The notes: generated by a model not told the origin, from the sequence alone. A stretch of DNA of 64,000 bases from Myxococcota bacterium (GCA_039194325.1 JBCCWC010000012.1:64267-128266); one strand, 5' to 3'. Counted from the first letter of the stretch, positions 1 to 9,888 are shown. Translations and numbers: made by a program.

Positions 1-598
1 CCGCAAAGGTCAGCGGATCGGCGATGAGCTCCGCCCGCGCTCGGGCCGGGAGCGACTCGTCGTCCCCCGGCTCGATGAACCCCCCGGTCGCGAGGTTGCA
101 ATTGGGCAGCAGCCCCCCGTCGTGGACCGTGGCCATGGCCTCCATCAGCGTGCGCCCGCGGTTGATCCCCGCCCCGTTGATCGCCCGCTTTTGGGCGATC
201 GCATGGTTGACGCTGGTGTTCTCGACCGGCACCACCACCATGTCCTGGTAGTACTTGGTCAAGAAGGTATTGAGGTCGTAGTCGGTGGTGAACAGCCCGG
301 TGATCCCCAGGTTGGTCACACACCGCAGGTTGGAGCCGGCCGGCTGGGCGATCACCGCGTCGGGAAAGACGGTCAGCGTGTCAGCCAGCGCGGCGCTGGA
401 GACCTCGCTTTGGGCGACCGGCCAGAACCCATCGACGATGTTGGCACCGCCGGACGCGGCCACCACGAACAAGAACCGAGGCGGGTCACCAGCACCTCCC
501 GCGTGGGCGCGGGGCACGATCTCCAGACCGCCGGGGAGGCTGAGGGTCGTGGCCGCCGCCGCGGTGCTTCGCAAGAATCCTCTACGAGTCAGGGACAT
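1..598 (-). CDS. Tat-exported protein, DUF1501-like (partial, runs off the left edge)
   Basis: Not in the ORF track. Manual translation from ATG 598 gives MSLTRRGFLRSTAAAATTLSLPGG...AHAGG..PRFLFVVAASGGANIVDGFWP, with a twin-arginine RRxFL motif and an AGGAG RBS upstream. The family call is from resemblance only. Confidence 0.7.
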   Translation of the reverse strand, partial: MSLTRRGFLRSTAAAATTLSLPGGLEIVPRAHAGGAGDPPRFLFVVAASGGANIVDGFWPVAQSEVSSAALADTLTVFPDAVIAQPAGSNLRCVTNLGITGLFTTDYDLNTFLTKYYQDMVVVPVENTSVNHAIAQKRAINGAGINRGRTLMEAMATVHDGGLLPNCNLATGGFIEPGDDESLPARARAELIADPLTFA

Positions 599-628
599 GA
601 CGATCTCCTTGATCTAGCAGGTGGTGGC

Positions 629-1381
629 CTAGAAGGTGGCGGCCTCGGTGGTGGTGCCGATCGCAAAGCAGGCGAGCGTGCCAAACTGCTGCGGGGTGGT
701 GTCTTGAGCCAGCGCGGCGATGATCTCGACCTCCTCGCTGGTAGGCTCGCGGGACAGCAGGCGCCGATAGAGCAGCGAGATCTGCTCCTCCACCGCCTCG
801 TCACTGGGGTCGAGGCCGGGACCGTTCAGATCGATCGCGGTGAAGACCTCGGGCGCTCCACCAGCATCGAGGGCCACCCGCCGGATACAGGCGGCCATCA
901 CCATGCGCTCCATCGCGATGGGGGTGGTCGCCAGCGGCTCGGCCACGGGGCGGTAGAGGTTGAGGTTGAAGGCCTCGTTGGCCCCTAGCGGCAGGCGGTG
1001 CACGTCGCGACAGGGCAAGACACCCACCTCGGTGCAGACCTCGGCGGGCGTCAGCACCAACGCCTGGCGTAGATCCGCCTCGAACCCATCGAGGCGCTTC
1101 CACAGCAGCGGCTCGGGCACGGGGGCCTCGCTCGCCGGGGCGCACTCGGCTGGCTCGCCGTCGTCGCTGCTGTCGCCAGTATCAGCCGTCGAGCCCGTCG
1201 AGTCGGCCGAGTCCGATGGGCCCGAGGGTGCCGCGCTGGTGGTGCCGCTGCTGCCGCCGTCCGCTTGCGGCCCGCCATCGTCCCTACAGGCCGGCGCGAG
1301 CAGCAGCAGACTCACCCAAGCGAGCGCGGCGGTGAAGGTGGTGGCTCGTCCGTCCATCGATCCGGTCATCGATCCGGTCAT
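629..1381 (-). CDS. Putative lipoprotein with Ser/Thr/Gly linker and Cys-containing domain
   Basis: Lipobox-like LLLAPAC followed by a low-complexity linker. ATG 1381 overlaps the upstream stop (ATGA). Confidence 0.7.
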   Translation of the reverse strand: MTGSMTGSMDGRATTFTAALAWVSLLLLAPACRDDGGPQADGGSSGTTSAAPSGPSDSADSTGSTADTGDSSDDGEPAECAPASEAPVPEPLLWKRLDGFEADLRQALVLTPAEVCTEVGVLPCRDVHRLPLGANEAFNLNLYRPVAEPLATTPIAMERMVMAACIRRVALDAGGAPEVFTAIDLNGPGLDPSDEAVEEQISLLYRRLLSREPTSEEVEIIAALAQDTTPQQFGTLACFAIGTTTEAATF

Positions 1382-2769
1382 CGGTCTCCTCCAAAGGCTC
1401 GGGTGTCCACCAGCCGGTGGATCATGCGCTCGGCTTGCCACTGCTCGTCGGGTAACGACTGCCACAAAGCATCGAACTCCGCCTGCTCATCGACCGCCGG
1501 CCCACGGCCCAGCGCGTGCTGGTAGAGCATGGCGACCACGTTGCGCGCGAACATGTCGCTATTGGCCGCCGTGTCGGCCCACGTGGGCACGTCGTCGACC
1601 GCCTGGCCCAGGATGAAGGTCTGGTCGTCGCTCCAGCCCGGGATCTCGTTTTGGGGCCGGTTTGCCCGCCACGTGCCCGTCGAAGGGCCGGCGATCCCCT
1701 CGTAGTAGGCAAAGGCATACGAGAGCGGATCGAGGGTGCTGTGGCACGACGCACACTCGCCCTCGGCGACCCCGCTGGCGTCCACGTCGACCGGCTCCCC
1801 CGTCACCGGCCAAAGCCCCTGCTGCTGCGCGATGTCCTGGCCTAGGTAGGCTCGATACGCCTGCGCCGCGGTGGTCCGGGGCAGCCCGCTGAACATGGTG
1901 TTGCGGGCCAGAAACCATTGCGTAGTGATCATCCCGGCGCGGTACTGTGGCGCGAGCGGCTGGCCGCCAACGCCACCGCCCTGCACGCCCTGCACCGGCG
2001 TCAGCGCGCCGTTTTGCTCGATCACGTGGTAGTCGGCCCGCAGCAGATCCCGTACGTCGCGGTCGCCGGTCATGATGTAGCGAAACAGCCGGTAGTCCCA
2101 CTCGTAGTCGGCGATCGTGATCCCGATCGTGGTGTCGGCCCCCACCGACGCGATCGGGGTGATGAGCGGATCGGCCAGCCGCGGCAGGGCCTGGACCTGC
2201 CAGTAGTCGCTGGCCAGGCACTCGTCGAGCTGGGTGTGCACGCGCTCATGCAAGGTCGCCGGCTCGGGGTCGTCACCATCGAAGGCGTCGAGCTCGTCCC
2301 AGGTGGGCGAGCGGCCGCAGTAGAGCACCATCGAACGCTGCAGGGCGCGTCGGAAGTCGTAGTCCACGGGCACGAGCGCATCGGGATCCAGCGACGGCAA
2401 ACACCAGGGCCAGGCGTCTTCGTCCCGCCCCGGGTTGGTGCCCAGCGCCAGCTCGTCGATGTTGAGCACGCCATCGCCGTCGGAGTCTTGCTCTTCGACC
2501 GCGAGCAAGGCCTCCACCAAGCCCGCGTCGAAGCCCTCGTCGGGCAGCGCCCCGTAGACCGCGGCGCCGTAGGCGTTCCAGGTCGGGGGCCAGGTGGAAT
2601 CGTGGCAGGTGGCGCAGTCCAGCAGCCGCCCGCGACACTCGGGGATCTCCCCGTAGGTCTGGCAGGCCAGCGACGGCCCGGTCGGTCGAGCGTGGGCGGT
2701 CTCGGCGAAGATCGATCCCGCCAGCACCAGCGGTATCGTCGCGCCGAGGGATCCCGTTCGGCAGAGCAT
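1378..2769 (-). CDS. Exported protein with two CxxCH heme c motifs
   Basis: Signal peptide ending AHA; CATCH and CASCH motifs; DSDGDG Ca-binding-like loop; RAGMITTQWFL segment resembling DUF1588/1585-type proteins. Confidence 0.7.
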   Translation of the reverse strand: MLCRTGSLGATIPLVLAGSIFAETAHARPTGPSLACQTYGEIPECRGRLLDCATCHDSTWPPTWNAYGAAVYGALPDEGFDAGLVEALLAVEEQDSDGDGVLNIDELALGTNPGRDEDAWPWCLPSLDPDALVPVDYDFRRALQRSMVLYCGRSPTWDELDAFDGDDPEPATLHERVHTQLDECLASDYWQVQALPRLADPLITPIASVGADTTIGITIADYEWDYRLFRYIMTGDRDVRDLLRADYHVIEQNGALTPVQGVQGGGVGGQPLAPQYRAGMITTQWFLARNTMFSGLPRTTAAQAYRAYLGQDIAQQQGLWPVTGEPVDVDASGVAEGECASCHSTLDPLSYAFAYYEGIAGPSTGTWRANRPQNEIPGWSDDQTFILGQAVDDVPTWADTAANSDMFARNVVAMLYQHALGRGPAVDEQAEFDALWQSLPDEQWQAERMIHRLVDTRAFGGDR

Positions 2770-2946
2770 GCTTTCAGGGTAGAGCGAAGTTCGTGCCAAG
2801 TGGGATCCGATAGGGATGAGCCAGGCGGGCCGGACGACGCCAGGGCCGGGCGACTCGAACCTGTAGGTTCGAGCCGCGGATCGTCGGATCGATCCCACAG
2901 ATAGCGCATCGCGCGACGCTCGGTTTCGGCACCCCTACGTTCGCCC

Positions 2947-3420
2947 TCATAGGTACGGGTGCGCGGCAAAGCGCTCTTGGAGCATTTCCACGAAGCGGCG
3001 CGCTCGGTGCGGTAAGAACCGGCGGCTGGGATAGAGCGCCACCACCTCCAGTGGCGGCGGCGGGTAGTCGGGCAGCAGCACCCGGAGACGACCGGCATCG
3101 ATGTCGTGCCCCACCAACCAGGTGGCCAGCATGGCGATCCCGACCCCTGCCGCGCGAGCTGGCCGAGCACCTGTCCGTTGTCGGCGACCAACCGTGGCTC
3201 GACCTATACCGTACGCTCGCCGGCCTTGCTCGTGAACGTCCAGCGGGCTCGGTGGCCCCGACTGCCGGCATACACAAGGCACGCATGCTCTCGCAGCGCG
3301 TCCGGCTCGGTCGGGGTCCCGTGCTCCTCGAGAAACGCAGGCGAGGCCACCAACGCACGACGGGTCACCCCCAGCTTGCGCGCCACCAGGCTCGTGTCAT
3401 CGACCGGCCCACCTCCTCGG
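2947..3420 (-). pseudogene. LysR-family regulator remnant (substrate-binding domain only)
   Basis: LVARKLG..RALVASPAFLEEHGTP continues through an in-frame TAG (3204-3206) into VEPRLVADNGQVL, then frameshifts (~3155) into GVGIAML..LLPDY..LYPSRR. No HTH is present upstream. Confidence 0.8.
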
Positions 3421-3599
3421 CGATCCGCGGCGACCAGTTGGTGGTGGTGAGCAGCCAGCTCGACCACATCGTCGACGACGAGAACGGAGCGCTGGGGACT
3501 CCGCCGGACCTGCCCTTCATGCTCGTCTCGGTACCCCCCATGGGGCTGCTGGAGGACTAGAGGGCACCGCGAGGCTACGCGCGCTCGAGCGGTGCGTGC

Positions 3600-4202
3600 T
3601 CAGGGCTCGCTGCGCACATGCGGAGGCAGAGGCGAAGGCACCGGAGAGCGGGCTCGGAACCCGGCCAGCAGGGCCCGGACCGCGTCGTCGAGCCCGGTGT
3701 CGATCGCCGCGAGTCGCCCCGGCCCCCGCGCCAGCTCGATGCGACCATGGAGAAAGGCCCACAGCGTGAAGGCAGCCGCGTCGCCGCTGCCCGGCACCGC
3801 CGCTTCGACCCGGGCGTGCATCAACCGCCATAGCTCCATCCAGGTGCCTCGGGCGGGGTGATCCGGCGGTGGCTTGCCTTCGATGATCGCACGGTACGCG
3901 TGGGGTCGCCGCTCCGCGAACCGAACGTAGCGCCGAGCGAGCTGCACGACGAACGCGTCGGCATCGCCAGCGTCGACGCGCCGCGCCCCCCGAAAGCTCT
4001 GACCCAGCTGCCGAGTGGCAGCCTCCCCCATCGCCATGACCAAGCCCGCTCGATCGCCCACGTAGCGGTAGAGCGCGTTGGCCGTCACCCCCAGCTCACG
4101 CGCCACGTCCCGCAGCGTCCACCGCTCCCAGCCCTTGGCCTCGGCAACCGTCAGCGCACGAGCACCGAGCTCCTGGGGATCGATCTGCGCGGGATAGGGC
4201 AC
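3600..4202 (-). CDS. TetR/AcrR-family regulator
   Basis: HTH segment TLRDVARELGVTANALYRYV and a WAFLHG C-terminal motif; GTG start at 4202 inside the longer ORF. Confidence 0.9.
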   Translation of the reverse strand: MPYPAQIDPQELGARALTVAEAKGWERWTLRDVARELGVTANALYRYVGDRAGLVMAMGEAATRQLGQSFRGARRVDAGDADAFVVQLARRYVRFAERRPHAYRAIIEGKPPPDHPARGTWMELWRLMHARVEAAVPGSGDAAAFTLWAFLHGRIELARGPGRLAAIDTGLDDAVRALLAGFRARSPVPSPLPPHVRSEP

Positions 4203-4301
4203 GGCTACGGTACGAGCGACCGGTGGCGGCAGGCGACAACAAGTAGCCGGTGGCAACGAGCGACCGGCGGTAAGGCGCGGTTGGAGGTCGTTGGATGAAG
4301 G

Positions 4302-4329
4302 TTGACAGAGTATATCTTGTTGGTAAAGT
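4302..4329 (+). promoter_or_regulatory. Sigma70-type promoter for the SDR gene
   Basis: TTGACA (4302-4307), 16-bp spacer, extended -10 TGgTAAAGT (4321-4329), in an AT-rich patch between divergent genes. Confidence 0.6.
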
Positions 4330-4358
4330 CTACAGCGTACACCTTCAGGGAACCCCCG

Positions 4359-5765
4359 ATGCCCGAGCCATCCCCCGTATTGATCACCGAGGCCACCTAC
4401 GGACTCGGGCGCCAAACCGCACTCGAGCTTGCTCGGCGGGGACGCGATGTGATCGTCAGTGGTCGCCGCCTCGACGTCACGACGGCGCTGTGCGCCGAGA
4501 TCAAGCAGCTTACGCCCAGCCGAGCCAAGCCGCTGGTCGCCGACCTCGCCGATCTTCGCGCTGTTAGCGCTGCCTGCGACACACTCGGCGATCAGCCGCT
4601 GCACGGGATCGTCACCCACGCCGGGTTCACCACCCTCAGGGATCAGCGCAGCGTCGATGGCTATGAGCTGACGTTCGCCATCAACGTGCTTGCCCACCAC
4701 CTGCTGCTGGACCGCCTTGTCGACCAAGTCGTCGACGGCGGGCGCATCGTGGTGCTCAACAGCGGCGTGCACGAGCCCGACCACCGGCTCGCACAACCCT
4801 CGGCACTCCCTATACCTCGCTGGGTCGGCGCCCGGGCCCTCGCCCGGCCCGATCGCACGCCGCGCTCTCTTCGTATGCACCCGGGCCCTCAGCGCTACGG
4901 TGCCGCCAAGCTCGGCAACGTGCTGCAAGCCCGTGGCTTCCAGGCCCGCCTGCGCGCGGCCAAGCAATCGGTCGACGTCTTTGCCCTCGCTTCGGGCGAC
5001 ACCTGTCCGGCACGCGAGACTTCTGCCTCGAAGCGGTGGAGCTTTCGGTGCCTCGGCCGCCTGCGCCGTAGGAGCTCCCTCTTGGGGGGGACCCCGCGAT
5101 GCTCTGCGGTCTCGGCCGGGCTGGTGGCCTCGCTGGTCGAAGACGCCAAATGGAACGGCTGGGGGTTCGCCTACCTCGAAGGGAATCGGATCGAGTCTCC
5201 GCCTCCCGATGCGCTACGCGAGGAGCTCATCGCCGAGCTGTTCTACGACGCCGCGTCGATGCTCGCGCTCGAGCCCGAACACGAGCCCAAACACGAACCA
5301 ATCGAGGAGCCTCGCCCGCAAGACCCCGGGGCCCCGAGTACACCCGAACTTCAACATCCGATCTGCCCCGAGCCTGCGGCTCGTCTGCATCCGAATGACC
5401 CGAGCTCCGCCACCGGGCGACAGCCGAGCTCCAGCTCGCCGCTTCGGGCTCCACGGCCCGCTTCTGCGCACGTGTCGTTGGGCGACGGTCGAGCGGAGGC
5501 TCACCGAGCAGAGGCTCACCGAGCGGAGGCTCACCGAGCGGAGGCTCACCGAGCGGTCGCGCGGCGTGAGTATGGCCGCCGTGACCGCTTTGGCCAGATC
5601 GAAGCGGAGGTTCTGGACGACCAACTGATGCAGCTCACCGTGCCCCCCAGCGAACACGACACCCGCCCCGCCTCCGACGGCGAGCTCGGTGAGTCCCCCC
5701 CCGATTCATCTCGCCACCGACGACTGCTGCCGATCAGCGGAGTGTACGAGCTGGTGCCCTGGTGA
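4359..5765 (+). CDS. Short-chain dehydrogenase/reductase (RDH-like), degenerate motifs, long low-complexity C-terminal tail
   Basis: ITEATYGLG (altered TGxxxGxG), THAG (altered NNAG), DGYELTFAIN and YGAAK catalytic motif. Confidence 0.75.
   Translation: MPEPSPVLITEATYGLGRQTALELARRGRDVIVSGRRLDVTTALCAEIKQLTPSRAKPLVADLADLRAVSAACDTLGDQPLHGIVTHAGFTTLRDQRSVDGYELTFAINVLAHHLLLDRLVDQVVDGGRIVVLNSGVHEPDHRLAQPSALPIPRWVGARALARPDRTPRSLRMHPGPQRYGAAKLGNVLQARGFQARLRAAKQSVDVFALASGDTCPARETSASKRWSFRCLGRLRRRSSLLGGTPRCSAVSAGLVASLVEDAKWNGWGFAYLEGNRIESPPPDALREELIAELFYDAASMLALEPEHEPKHEPIEEPRPQDPGAPSTPELQHPICPEPAARLHPNDPSSATGRQPSSSSPLRAPRPASAHVSLGDGRAEAHRAEAHRAEAHRAEAHRAVARREYGRRDRFGQIEAEVLDDQLMQLTVPPSEHDTRPASDGELGESPPDSSRHRRLLPISGVYELVPW
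5490..5556 (+). repeat. 15-bp tandem repeat x4 (CGAGCGGAGGCTCAC; RAEAH)
   Basis: Directly visible; one substitution in copy 2. Confidence 0.9.
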
Positions 5766-5795
5766 GGGGAGGCATGGCTCGAATGCCTGGTGGTC

Positions 5796-6641
5796 TCAGG
5801 TGCCCGCGAAGCGGGCGGTGATCCACTTTTGCATGCCCGGTCGCTCGTTGGCCGCGGGCCCGGGGCTGACGTGCGTCGAGACGTCGCGCTCGTGGAATGA
5901 GAGCGACTCGCCGTCGGCGGGGATGTGTACGCGATCGATGAGGCCCTCGGCCTCCATCCGCTCGCGTAGCTGCGCGCGCGTGGTGGGGCAGTGGTCGAGC
6001 GCCTCGAGGTGGTTGAACACCATATGGCCCGGCGCGAGCCGAGTGAGCTCGACGAGCTGATCCACCGAGAACAGGATGTTGCCGCCCAGTCCCATGTTGG
6101 CCGAGCCGGCCGGGGCCAGGATCACATCGGGGCGAAGGCGCGTGACCGCATCGATCACGCTGGGGGTCATGATCGTATCCCCCGTGACGTAGAGGCTGGG
6201 CTCGTCCGGGTGGGCGAAGTAGTAGCCAGCCACCGGCCCCATCAGCCAGCCCAAGAGGCCCCGGCCGTGGCGCGAGCGGATCACCTCGAAGCGCATGCCG
6301 AGGGCGCCGTCCTCGAGCAAGCGAGCCTTCAGCCCCTTGCGGCGCAGGTTGGGCGCGTCTACCCCGTTGGCCCACACCGGCAAGCCGCGCTCCTTGATCC
6401 ACTGGAGGGCGGGGCGATCGAAGTGGTCCGGGTGCTCGTGGGTGATCACCACCGCGGTGGCCGAGTCGAGCGCGGCCGCAGCCTCGGGAGGCAGCGGCAC
6501 CAGCGGGTTGCGACGCCGCCCGCCGCCGAACAGCTTGAAGCCCGGCATCGCGCTCTGCTCGGACAACATGGGATCGACCAACAGGCGGTGCTCGCCGATC
6601 GACAACAGGGCGGTGGCGTTGCGGATGTGCTGGATCTGCAT
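5796..6641 (-). CDS. MBL-fold metallo-hydrolase
   Basis: THEHPDHFD (HxHxDH) motif, LLVDPML, GDT and NHLEA. Confidence 0.9.
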   Translation of the reverse strand: MQIQHIRNATALLSIGEHRLLVDPMLSEQSAMPGFKLFGGGRRRNPLVPLPPEAAAALDSATAVVITHEHPDHFDRPALQWIKERGLPVWANGVDAPNLRRKGLKARLLEDGALGMRFEVIRSRHGRGLLGWLMGPVAGYYFAHPDEPSLYVTGDTIMTPSVIDAVTRLRPDVILAPAGSANMGLGGNILFSVDQLVELTRLAPGHMVFNHLEALDHCPTTRAQLRERMEAEGLIDRVHIPADGESLSFHERDVSTHVSPGPAANERPGMQKWITARFAGT

Positions 6642-6662
6642 GGCTGTCGGTAGCTTGGCGCT

Positions 6663-6715
6663 TGCAAAAAAGGATGACTATGGCTAATAATGGAAGCTAG
6701 CCATCCGTTTTTGCA
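6663..6715. promoter_or_regulatory. Inverted-repeat operator between the MBL gene and LysR
   Basis: TGCAAAAAAGGATG (6663-6676) and CATCCGTTTTTGCA (6702-6715) are reverse complements with one mismatch; the second copy overlaps the LysR ATG. Confidence 0.55.
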
Positions 6716-7581
6716 TGGTCACCGAACTCCAGTGGGATCTGCTGCGAACCTTCGAAACGGTCGCCCGTCGGGGCAGCCTGACCGCGGCCGCGAAGACCCT
6801 GGGGGTCAGCCAGTCGACGGTCAGCCGGCACCTGGCCCAGCTAGAGGAGGACGCGGGCTCGCCCCTGCTGCTGCGCGAGTCTCCCGTGCGGCTGACCCAG
6901 CGCGGCGAAGCGCTACTCACTGCGGTCACGCCCATGGTCGACGCGGCGCTGGCCGCTCAGGCCGCGCTCGAGCAGACGCCCGAGCTGCGCGGGCAGGTGA
7001 CGGTGACCACCGTCGGCGAGGTGCTGCGCTGGGTGCTGGCGCCATGGCTCGACGCGTTCTACCGGGCGTATCCGCACCTGCGGCTGCGCTTGCTGGCCGA
7101 CAATCAGGTCAGCAGCCTGGCCGCAGGCGAGGCCGACGTGGCCCTGCGGATGTTTAGGCCCGCACGGGGTGATCTGGTGGCCCGACGGGTGGGCACGGAG
7201 TCCTATGCGTTCTATGCCGCGTGCACGCTCAAGCTCGGCGACGAGGTGCCGTGGTTGGGGCTGACTGGATCGCTGGCGGAGATCCCGGAGCAGCAGCATG
7301 CACAGCGAGCATTCGACTCGCGGCCGCCCCGGCTGCTGGTCGAAGATGTCGAGGCGCTGGGGATAACTGTAGAAGCAGGGCTGGGGGTGGCCGTGCTGCC
7401 GCAAGGACTGGCACAGCGGCTCGATCAAGTGGTGGAGGTGGAGCCCGAGTGCGTCGGAGCGCGGGATCTGGGGCCGATCGCGACGCGGGAGTTTTGGATG
7501 GTGGTGCACCGAAGCAAGCAACGGCTACCGAAGGTAAGGGCGGTGATGGAGTGGTTGGAGGAGGCGATGGGTAGTGACTAG
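6715..7581 (+). CDS. LysR-family transcriptional regulator
   Basis: N-terminal HTH GSLTAAAKTLGVSQSTVSRHLAQLE plus substrate-binding domain; divergent from the MBL gene. Confidence 0.93.
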   Translation: MVTELQWDLLRTFETVARRGSLTAAAKTLGVSQSTVSRHLAQLEEDAGSPLLLRESPVRLTQRGEALLTAVTPMVDAALAAQAALEQTPELRGQVTVTTVGEVLRWVLAPWLDAFYRAYPHLRLRLLADNQVSSLAAGEADVALRMFRPARGDLVARRVGTESYAFYAACTLKLGDEVPWLGLTGSLAEIPEQQHAQRAFDSRPPRLLVEDVEALGITVEAGLGVAVLPQGLAQRLDQVVEVEPECVGARDLGPIATREFWMVVHRSKQRLPKVRAVMEWLEEAMGSD

Positions 7582-7657
7582 CTCATCATACGTTGGGCTC
7601 CTGCAGCCAACTCCCGATCGATTTTGCCATCCGCCCCCAACAATCCGAGCTCCAGCA

Positions 7658-9052
7658 TCAGGCATCAAGCAAAGCATACGAACCGAGCTTGTGAGTCAAA
7701 CCGATCTTGTACGCTACAGCGGGATTTACATCATACCAAAAACCATCACTTTCATAGCACAGCATCAGGTCCCGACCCATAACCCCCATGAGCGCACCAA
7801 GCCGGCTGCGCTCGATCCCCCACAGATCACCGAACTTGCTGACTTCGAGCAGGATGTCGAGGTCGTCTTTGCACAAGTTTCCGCGACGAGCACTGTGAGC
7901 AGCGATCACGTCCTCGACCTCCAAAATACCGAGGGGCAGTTCCTTACCCTTACCCAGCCCCTTTATGACAACATCCTTAGTCAGGCTAGCAAGGTCGCGG
8001 AGGTGACCTCCACTCGCCAGGACAAGCCTTCTTGTACATACCGAACGCATCGTCCCAAACAAACGATCGAGATCCACCCGCATCGCAATCATCTGAGCAA
8101 GGGCGCCAATCCCCGGAGCGTACGGCTCACGTTTGGGAGGGCGACTCTGAATCTTAACATTGGGCAACAAGTGCACCCTTCCGTCGAACACATCTAAGAT
8201 TCCCGGATTAAGGAGGACAAGAGGAGGAGGAACCGTATAAACCGTATGACACCGTGGCAGCTTGAGCAGATCACTATAGAAGAAGAATAGATCGGACATT
8301 TCTTGGTAAACAGACGCCGCCTCTGATCTGAACACGGTGAATTTCTCAAGGTCATCCACAAGCACGACTAATTGCCGCGGTTCTACAGCAGTTGCGATCT
8401 CCAGCACGAACTGGTGCAAAAAATCACGAACCTTATCGAGTGCATGCGGACCTAGCGTTTCGCGCAGCTGCTCCCGTAGTCGATCGCCTCCACTGTGGAG
8501 CACCGACTTAATGTCGGCGATGCCACGCTCGAAGGTCACGCCTTCATCGAACATACGGAAAGTGTGTCCATGCATACTTTCCCAGTTCGTGCCTCTGCGT
8601 AGCCTCGTGAGTATATCCTCATCCATCGACGCGAGCGCGGCCTCACCGATGCCCGCCACCAAGAGCACCGCCATCTCCTCGATAGAGAGAGCACGATTCA
8701 TGCGGTGATACTGCTTGGCACTAACTCGTAAGATCGAGTAGCCAGGAGGCCGCACCATCTCCCGAAGCTCTCGGGCCAGGCGATTGAGCTCGGTCGTCTT
8801 CCCTGAACCAGGAAAACCCGCAAACAAATGGGTACTCCCGGCACTCCCCGAAACAGCTGAGAGCCGAATGATACAGAGTATTGCATCGATAGCGGAACGA
8901 CCTCGTAGCCCTTGGATTCTTCCACTACCTCTCGACCATGGGTCACAATCCACATAACGCGCTCGTTCCTCGTCGGAGTTCGAGTTATCGAGAGGATGCG
9001 GCTCAAGACAGCGACACCATCGGGTGAATAGCTCTTTTTTCTCGTCGCTCAT
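7658..9052 (-). CDS. P-loop ATPase (AAA/STAND-like)
   Basis: Walker A GFPGSGKT, Walker B LVVLVDD and SGGHLR motif; GC visibly lower than the flanks. Confidence 0.8.
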   Translation of the reverse strand: MSDEKKELFTRWCRCLEPHPLDNSNSDEERARYVDCDPWSRGSGRIQGLRGRSAIDAILCIIRLSAVSGSAGSTHLFAGFPGSGKTTELNRLARELREMVRPPGYSILRVSAKQYHRMNRALSIEEMAVLLVAGIGEAALASMDEDILTRLRRGTNWESMHGHTFRMFDEGVTFERGIADIKSVLHSGGDRLREQLRETLGPHALDKVRDFLHQFVLEIATAVEPRQLVVLVDDLEKFTVFRSEAASVYQEMSDLFFFYSDLLKLPRCHTVYTVPPPLVLLNPGILDVFDGRVHLLPNVKIQSRPPKREPYAPGIGALAQMIAMRVDLDRLFGTMRSVCTRRLVLASGGHLRDLASLTKDVVIKGLGKGKELPLGILEVEDVIAAHSARRGNLCKDDLDILLEVSKFGDLWGIERSRLGALMGVMGRDLMLCYESDGFWYDVNPAVAYKIGLTHKLGSYALLDA

Positions 9053-9174
9053 GTATCACGCGAGCATAGTCCATCTCAGCCACATACAGTCCGGTTTTTT
9101 CTTCTCTTGCAAGTGGTTACTTATTGCCCACTATACTGCTTTCAACTGGTCTATCACCCCCCACCTCCCCCGAA

Positions 9175-9888
9175 TCACCCCAGCGGCTCCAGCAGCTCGG
9201 CCACCAGCTCGGTCGCCGGCTTGCGCGCCAGCGCCTCCACGCTGCCCCGCTGGGCCACCCTGCCTTCGTCGAGCACCACGATCTCCCCGCCGAGCACCAG
9301 CAGATCCCGCAGGTCATGGGTCACCACCAGCGCGGGCCGCTCCGCCGCCTGCAAGTGCTGAGCAAGCAACGCCCGCGTCTGTCGGCGCTTGCCCACGTCG
9401 AGGGCCGACAACGGCTCGTCGAGCAACAGCCCCTCGGGCTCGATGGCCAGCGCCCGAGCCAGCGCCACCCGCTGGCGCTCCCCGCCGGACATGGCGTGGG
9501 GCAAGCGATCGGCGAGCGCCTCGATGTCCAGCCGCCGCAGCACCTCCCTGGCCCGCTCCCGCGCCTCCGCCCCGCGCCCGCACCCGAAGGCCACGTTGTC
9601 CAGCGCGCTCAAGTGGGGAAACAAGCCCAGCCCCTGCGGCACGTAGCCGATCCGCCGATCTTCCGGCGGCCGAAAGATCCCCGCCGCGGTGTCCATCAAC
9701 GTCCGCCCCCGCAGCACCACGCGACCCTCCAGCCCGGTGCGCGCCCCGGCAATCGCACGAAGCACAGTGGTCTTGCCCGCCCCGTTGGGACCGATGATCA
9801 CGGTAGGATCACCCCCGGCCTCGAACGAAACATCCACCGTCAGCGCACCCAGCCGCCCCCGCAGCTCCACCCGCCAGCCTTCGCTCAT
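9175..9888 (-). CDS. modC: Molybdate ABC transporter ATP-binding subunit
   Basis: GPNGAGKT, MSGGERQR and LLLDEP; follows modB with an ATGA overlap. Confidence 0.85.
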   Translation of the reverse strand: MSEGWRVELRGRLGALTVDVSFEAGGDPTVIIGPNGAGKTTVLRAIAGARTGLEGRVVLRGRTLMDTAAGIFRPPEDRRIGYVPQGLGLFPHLSALDNVAFGCGRGAEARERAREVLRRLDIEALADRLPHAMSGGERQRVALARALAIEPEGLLLDEPLSALDVGKRRQTRALLAQHLQAAERPALVVTHDLRDLLVLGGEIVVLDEGRVAQRGSVEALARKPATELVAELLEPLG

